From assembly GCA_963702845.1 (NCBI GenBank), contig OY969763.1, positions 1,728,001 through 1,792,000 of the forward strand: 64,000 bases of DNA, in the 5' to 3' direction. The stretch's first letter is position 1. Every line of letters starts with the position of its first letter. Below the pieces are notes generated by a model. It worked only from the letters and a program-made list of their open reading frames with translations. It was not told where the DNA came from and made no database searches. The DNA is from an uncultured Verrucomicrobiae bacterium (GTDB lineage Bacteria; Verrucomicrobiota; Verrucomicrobiia; Limisphaerales; Palsa-1400). The position numbers and the translations under genes are program-made. Positions 60,986 to 64,000 of the stretch are shown here, one piece after another.

Positions 60986-62605
60986 ATGAAAAAGTTAATT
61001 ATCCGATCAGGTTGGCGTCATGCCATTACGGCGAGCGCCATGATGTTTGCCATCGAAACCATTCACGCCAGACCTTTGGGGCTGGACGTCTCGTCGTTTC
61101 AGGGCTCACCCAGTTGGAGTAGCATCGCCGGTGCGCGCGACTTTGCTTTCATCAAAGCAACGGAGGGCGCGACCATCAATGATGGCAGCTATAGCTACAA
61201 CATCAGCCATGCAAAATCCGCCGGCGTTTTGGTCGGCCCGTATCACTTCGCGCATCCGAACTTGAACAGCCCCGGCACTGAATCCGGTCATTTCTGGAGC
61301 ATCATCGGCGGCAACATCCTTGGCGATGGCAAGACTCTCCAGCCGGTGCTTGATTTTGAAGTGTTCAGCGGTGTGACTGGCGCCAGCAGTTACACCGGTT
61401 GGGCAAATGCGTTCAATGACGACATCAAAAGTAAAGGAAGCGCAAAAAGCCTGATCCTGAAGCCGATGCTTTACACCAGCGCGTGTAGCGCATGTAACTT
61501 CAGCTCGAGCATTGATCAATGGATTCCGTGGATCGCCAATTACAACGGCCAAAGCTCGCAGACTGGCACGCCTTGGAGCGCGTGCAGCAGTTGCGATCAA
61601 TGGTCCGATTGGACGGTGTGGCAATACAGCGACAGCGGCTCGGTTCCGGGCGTGAGCGGCGGTTGTGACGTGGACGTGTATCACGGTAGCAGCGTCGCTG
61701 GACTCACGGATGAACTTGTCATCGATGGCAATGGCACGAGTTCATACGCGCCGGCTCCCGCGGCAGTGTCGTGGGGCGTCGGTCGTATCGATGTTGTCGC
61801 TCGCGGTGGTGGCGATGCTATCTATCACAAGTATTACATCAGCGGCCAGGGATGGTTGCCGGCGGATCACTTCGAAGACATCGGAGGTATTGCCAACAAC
61901 GGACCGGGCATCGCGTCGTGGGGTGTCAACCGTCTGGATGTTTTCTGTCCTGATACGAGCGATTCGCTCCGCCATAAATACTTCAACGGAACTGATTGGT
62001 TGCCGACGCCACACTGGGAAGACATAGGAGGCACGCTGACCTCAGCGCCCGCCGCGGTTTCGTGGGGGCCCAATCGCATCGATATCATTGTTAAAGGCGG
62101 TCAAAACAATCTGTATCACAAATGGTGGGATGGCAGCTCATGGCAGCCTAGCACTGGTTTCGAAAACATCGGTGGCACGGGGGTAAATCAACCGGGCATT
62201 TGCTCATGGGGAACGAACCGGCTGGATGTTTTTTATCGAGGCTCCGACAACGCATTGCATCATTTCTGGTATATCAGCGGTGTCTGGAATGGTCCTGAAA
62301 ATCTCGGTGGAACTTTGACCGGAGGTGTCTCTGCCGTGTCGTGGGGTAGTGGCCGTATCGACGTCGTCGTTCGTGGCGGACAAAATCACATCTACCACAA
62401 ATATTATATTAGCGGACAAGGCTGGCTGCCGAGCGGCGGCTTCGAAGATCTCGGCGGCAGCGCCACATCTGCGCCGGGGATTTGTTCGTGGGGTTCAGGC
62501 CGTCTGGATGTGTTCTGCCGCGGCACCGACAACGCACTTTGGCATAACTGGTACGACAGTGGCACATGGAATAGCTGGCAGAGCCTCGGTGGCACGTTGG
62601 AATAA
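60986..62605 (+). CDS. secreted GH25 muramidase + lectin-like beta-propeller (paralogue 2)
   Basis: GLDVSSFQG, KATEG, LDFE; six SWG repeats. Confidence 0.88.
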   Translation: MKKLIIRSGWRHAITASAMMFAIETIHARPLGLDVSSFQGSPSWSSIAGARDFAFIKATEGATINDGSYSYNISHAKSAGVLVGPYHFAHPNLNSPGTESGHFWSIIGGNILGDGKTLQPVLDFEVFSGVTGASSYTGWANAFNDDIKSKGSAKSLILKPMLYTSACSACNFSSSIDQWIPWIANYNGQSSQTGTPWSACSSCDQWSDWTVWQYSDSGSVPGVSGGCDVDVYHGSSVAGLTDELVIDGNGTSSYAPAPAAVSWGVGRIDVVARGGGDAIYHKYYISGQGWLPADHFEDIGGIANNGPGIASWGVNRLDVFCPDTSDSLRHKYFNGTDWLPTPHWEDIGGTLTSAPAAVSWGPNRIDIIVKGGQNNLYHKWWDGSSWQPSTGFENIGGTGVNQPGICSWGTNRLDVFYRGSDNALHHFWYISGVWNGPENLGGTLTGGVSAVSWGSGRIDVVVRGGQNHIYHKYYISGQGWLPSGGFEDLGGSATSAPGICSWGSGRLDVFCRGTDNALWHNWYDSGTWNSWQSLGGTLE

Positions 62606-62629
62606 TCTAATTTGTTCCTAGCCACCTCG

Positions 62630-62669
62630 CGCCCGCGCAGTTCAACACCCTGCGCGGGCGTTTTTGTTT
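62630..62669 (+). terminator. rho-independent terminator
   Basis: CGCCCGCGCAG / CTGCGCGGGCG stem followed by TTTTTGTTT. Confidence 0.85.
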
Positions 62670-62982
62670 CGAAACTGCGCGTTTGAAATTTCTTCGTAAT
62701 AGCGGGGCAAATACAGTCTGCGTTTTCGTTCGAAATCGAAATTATGCTGTTGACAGCTTTTTCTGATTAGGTAAGTCTCGGCTCGTTCCCAATTAAGGCG
62801 GTGACCCGCCAGCAATTCAATCGAGTTGGTATCTGCCTACCTCAGATTGACGCAGAACATATGAACGCGTTTAACCGATTGCACAGGACCACTGACGAAC
62901 AGGTGTAGCGGAACATCATTTCCCCGAAACAATGCTCATCAACCGCACTTCAAACGAAACGCAAAAAACGAAAGAAACGCAA

Positions 62983-64000
62983 ATGATCAAAACAACCGAT
63001 CAAAAGTCCAGCTGGTGGCGAACGCTTTTTGCGTCTACCGCAGTTCTGGGAATTCTCACATCCGCACACGCGCGAACCACAGGTATCGACGTCTCGTCGT
63101 TCCAAGGCACTCCCAGTTGGAGCAGCATAAAAAGCTGTGGCTGGACTTTTGGTATTGCGAAAGCGACTGAAGGCCAGACCACCGACGATCCAGACTTTAG
63201 CTACAACATGAGCAATGGTAAAGCGAATGGTGTTTACATGGGTGCGTATCACTTTGCACATCCCGAACTGCACTCGCCCTCGACCGAATCCAGCCACTTC
63301 TGGGGTACGGCCGGTGGAACGCAATTGGCAGATGGCAAAACTGTTTCGCCGACGTTGGACTTTGAAGTGTTCAGCGGTGTCGTGGGTGCGAGCAGCTACT
63401 CCGACTGGGCCAACCAATGGTTCAATGACATTTTGAACGACCTTGGCGGCAAAGAATCACAACCGATCCTCTATGTCAGCGCGTGTAATGCTGCTAATTT
63501 CAACAACAGCGTTGACGCGTGGTCACCGTGGATCGCGAACTATAACGGGCAGAGTCCGCAAACGGGCACACCATGGAGCGTTTGCAGCAGCGGCAATGTG
63601 TGGGGCAATTGGTCGATGTGGCAATACAGCAGCAGCGGCTCTGTTTGCGGTGTCAGCGGTTCTTGCGACGTGGACGTTTATAATGGCACCACTGCGCAAT
63701 TCACCACGGAACTGCTCATCGACAATCCCGGCGGCACGACCAAGCCGACAACATGGTCGTCCGTGAATGGCGGCCCGATTGCGATGAACACGGATGGCAC
63801 GCTTGAAATTTTCGGCGTGCAAGGCACGACAGCAAAGCACGAACATCAGAACACCCCTAACGGCACATGGACTGCATTGATCAACATGGGTGGAATCACG
63901 GCGATTCCGGGTGTGGCTGTCGCACGCAATACCGACGGGCGCCTGGAAGCGTTTTGCTACAATACCGGCGATGGCACAGTCTATCACCAATACCAAACGG
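62983..64000 (+). CDS. secreted GH25 muramidase + PLL-type lectin repeats (paralogue 3, truncated by window)
   Basis: Not in the ORF track. MIKTTDQKSSWWRTLF...AHA-RTTGIDVSSFQG, KATEG, LDFE, then NTDGTLEIF / NTDGRLEAF repeats. Confidence 0.85.
   Translation, partial: MIKTTDQKSSWWRTLFASTAVLGILTSAHARTTGIDVSSFQGTPSWSSIKSCGWTFGIAKATEGQTTDDPDFSYNMSNGKANGVYMGAYHFAHPELHSPSTESSHFWGTAGGTQLADGKTVSPTLDFEVFSGVVGASSYSDWANQWFNDILNDLGGKESQPILYVSACNAANFNNSVDAWSPWIANYNGQSPQTGTPWSVCSSGNVWGNWSMWQYSSSGSVCGVSGSCDVDVYNGTTAQFTTELLIDNPGGTTKPTTWSSVNGGPIAMNTDGTLEIFGVQGTTAKHEHQNTPNGTWTALINMGGITAIPGVAVARNTDGRLEAFCYNTGDGTVYHQYQT

Noticed and set aside
59254..64000. GH25 genes as the endolysins of the capsid element
   Set aside because: They lie ~46 kb outside the att boundary and have Sec signal peptides and lectin domains.

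Overview
GC-rich bacterial DNA; gene content and repeat types suggest Verrucomicrobiota, probably a Pedosphaera-like organism (inference). Bases 1-13473 are the right part of a genomic island that ends in a duplicated tmRNA 3' end (attR-like, 13451-13473). The island has two parts. The first is a minus-strand integron-like cassette array with no integrase in view. In it, each of three small ORFs is preceded by the same ~220-290 bp spacer made of a phosphoketolase 3' remnant plus an attI-like GTT site, and an IS110/IS1111 element sits inside one attC. The second is an intact-looking phage HEAD-ONLY module: DUF4055-type portal, two HEAT-repeat cargo genes, scaffold, major capsid, decoration/LamG-like proteins, head-tail adaptor, holin-like protein and lipoprotein. 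No terminase, tail or endolysin gene lies before the att site. The rest is mostly core genome: S41 protease, methyltransferase, radical SAM, sugar ABC transporter plus CE15 esterase, sdhCAB, trpD, sua5, TolC, GT2, thyA, cysD/cysNC, gltX, tRNA-Leu(CAG), FdhF/YdeP-type oxidoreductase and a TPR glycosyltransferase-like gene. The window ends with three tandem secreted GH25 muramidase-lectin propeller genes. Several housekeeping genes carry single-base indels that are probably assembly errors. All family calls are by motif recognition only; no searches were run.
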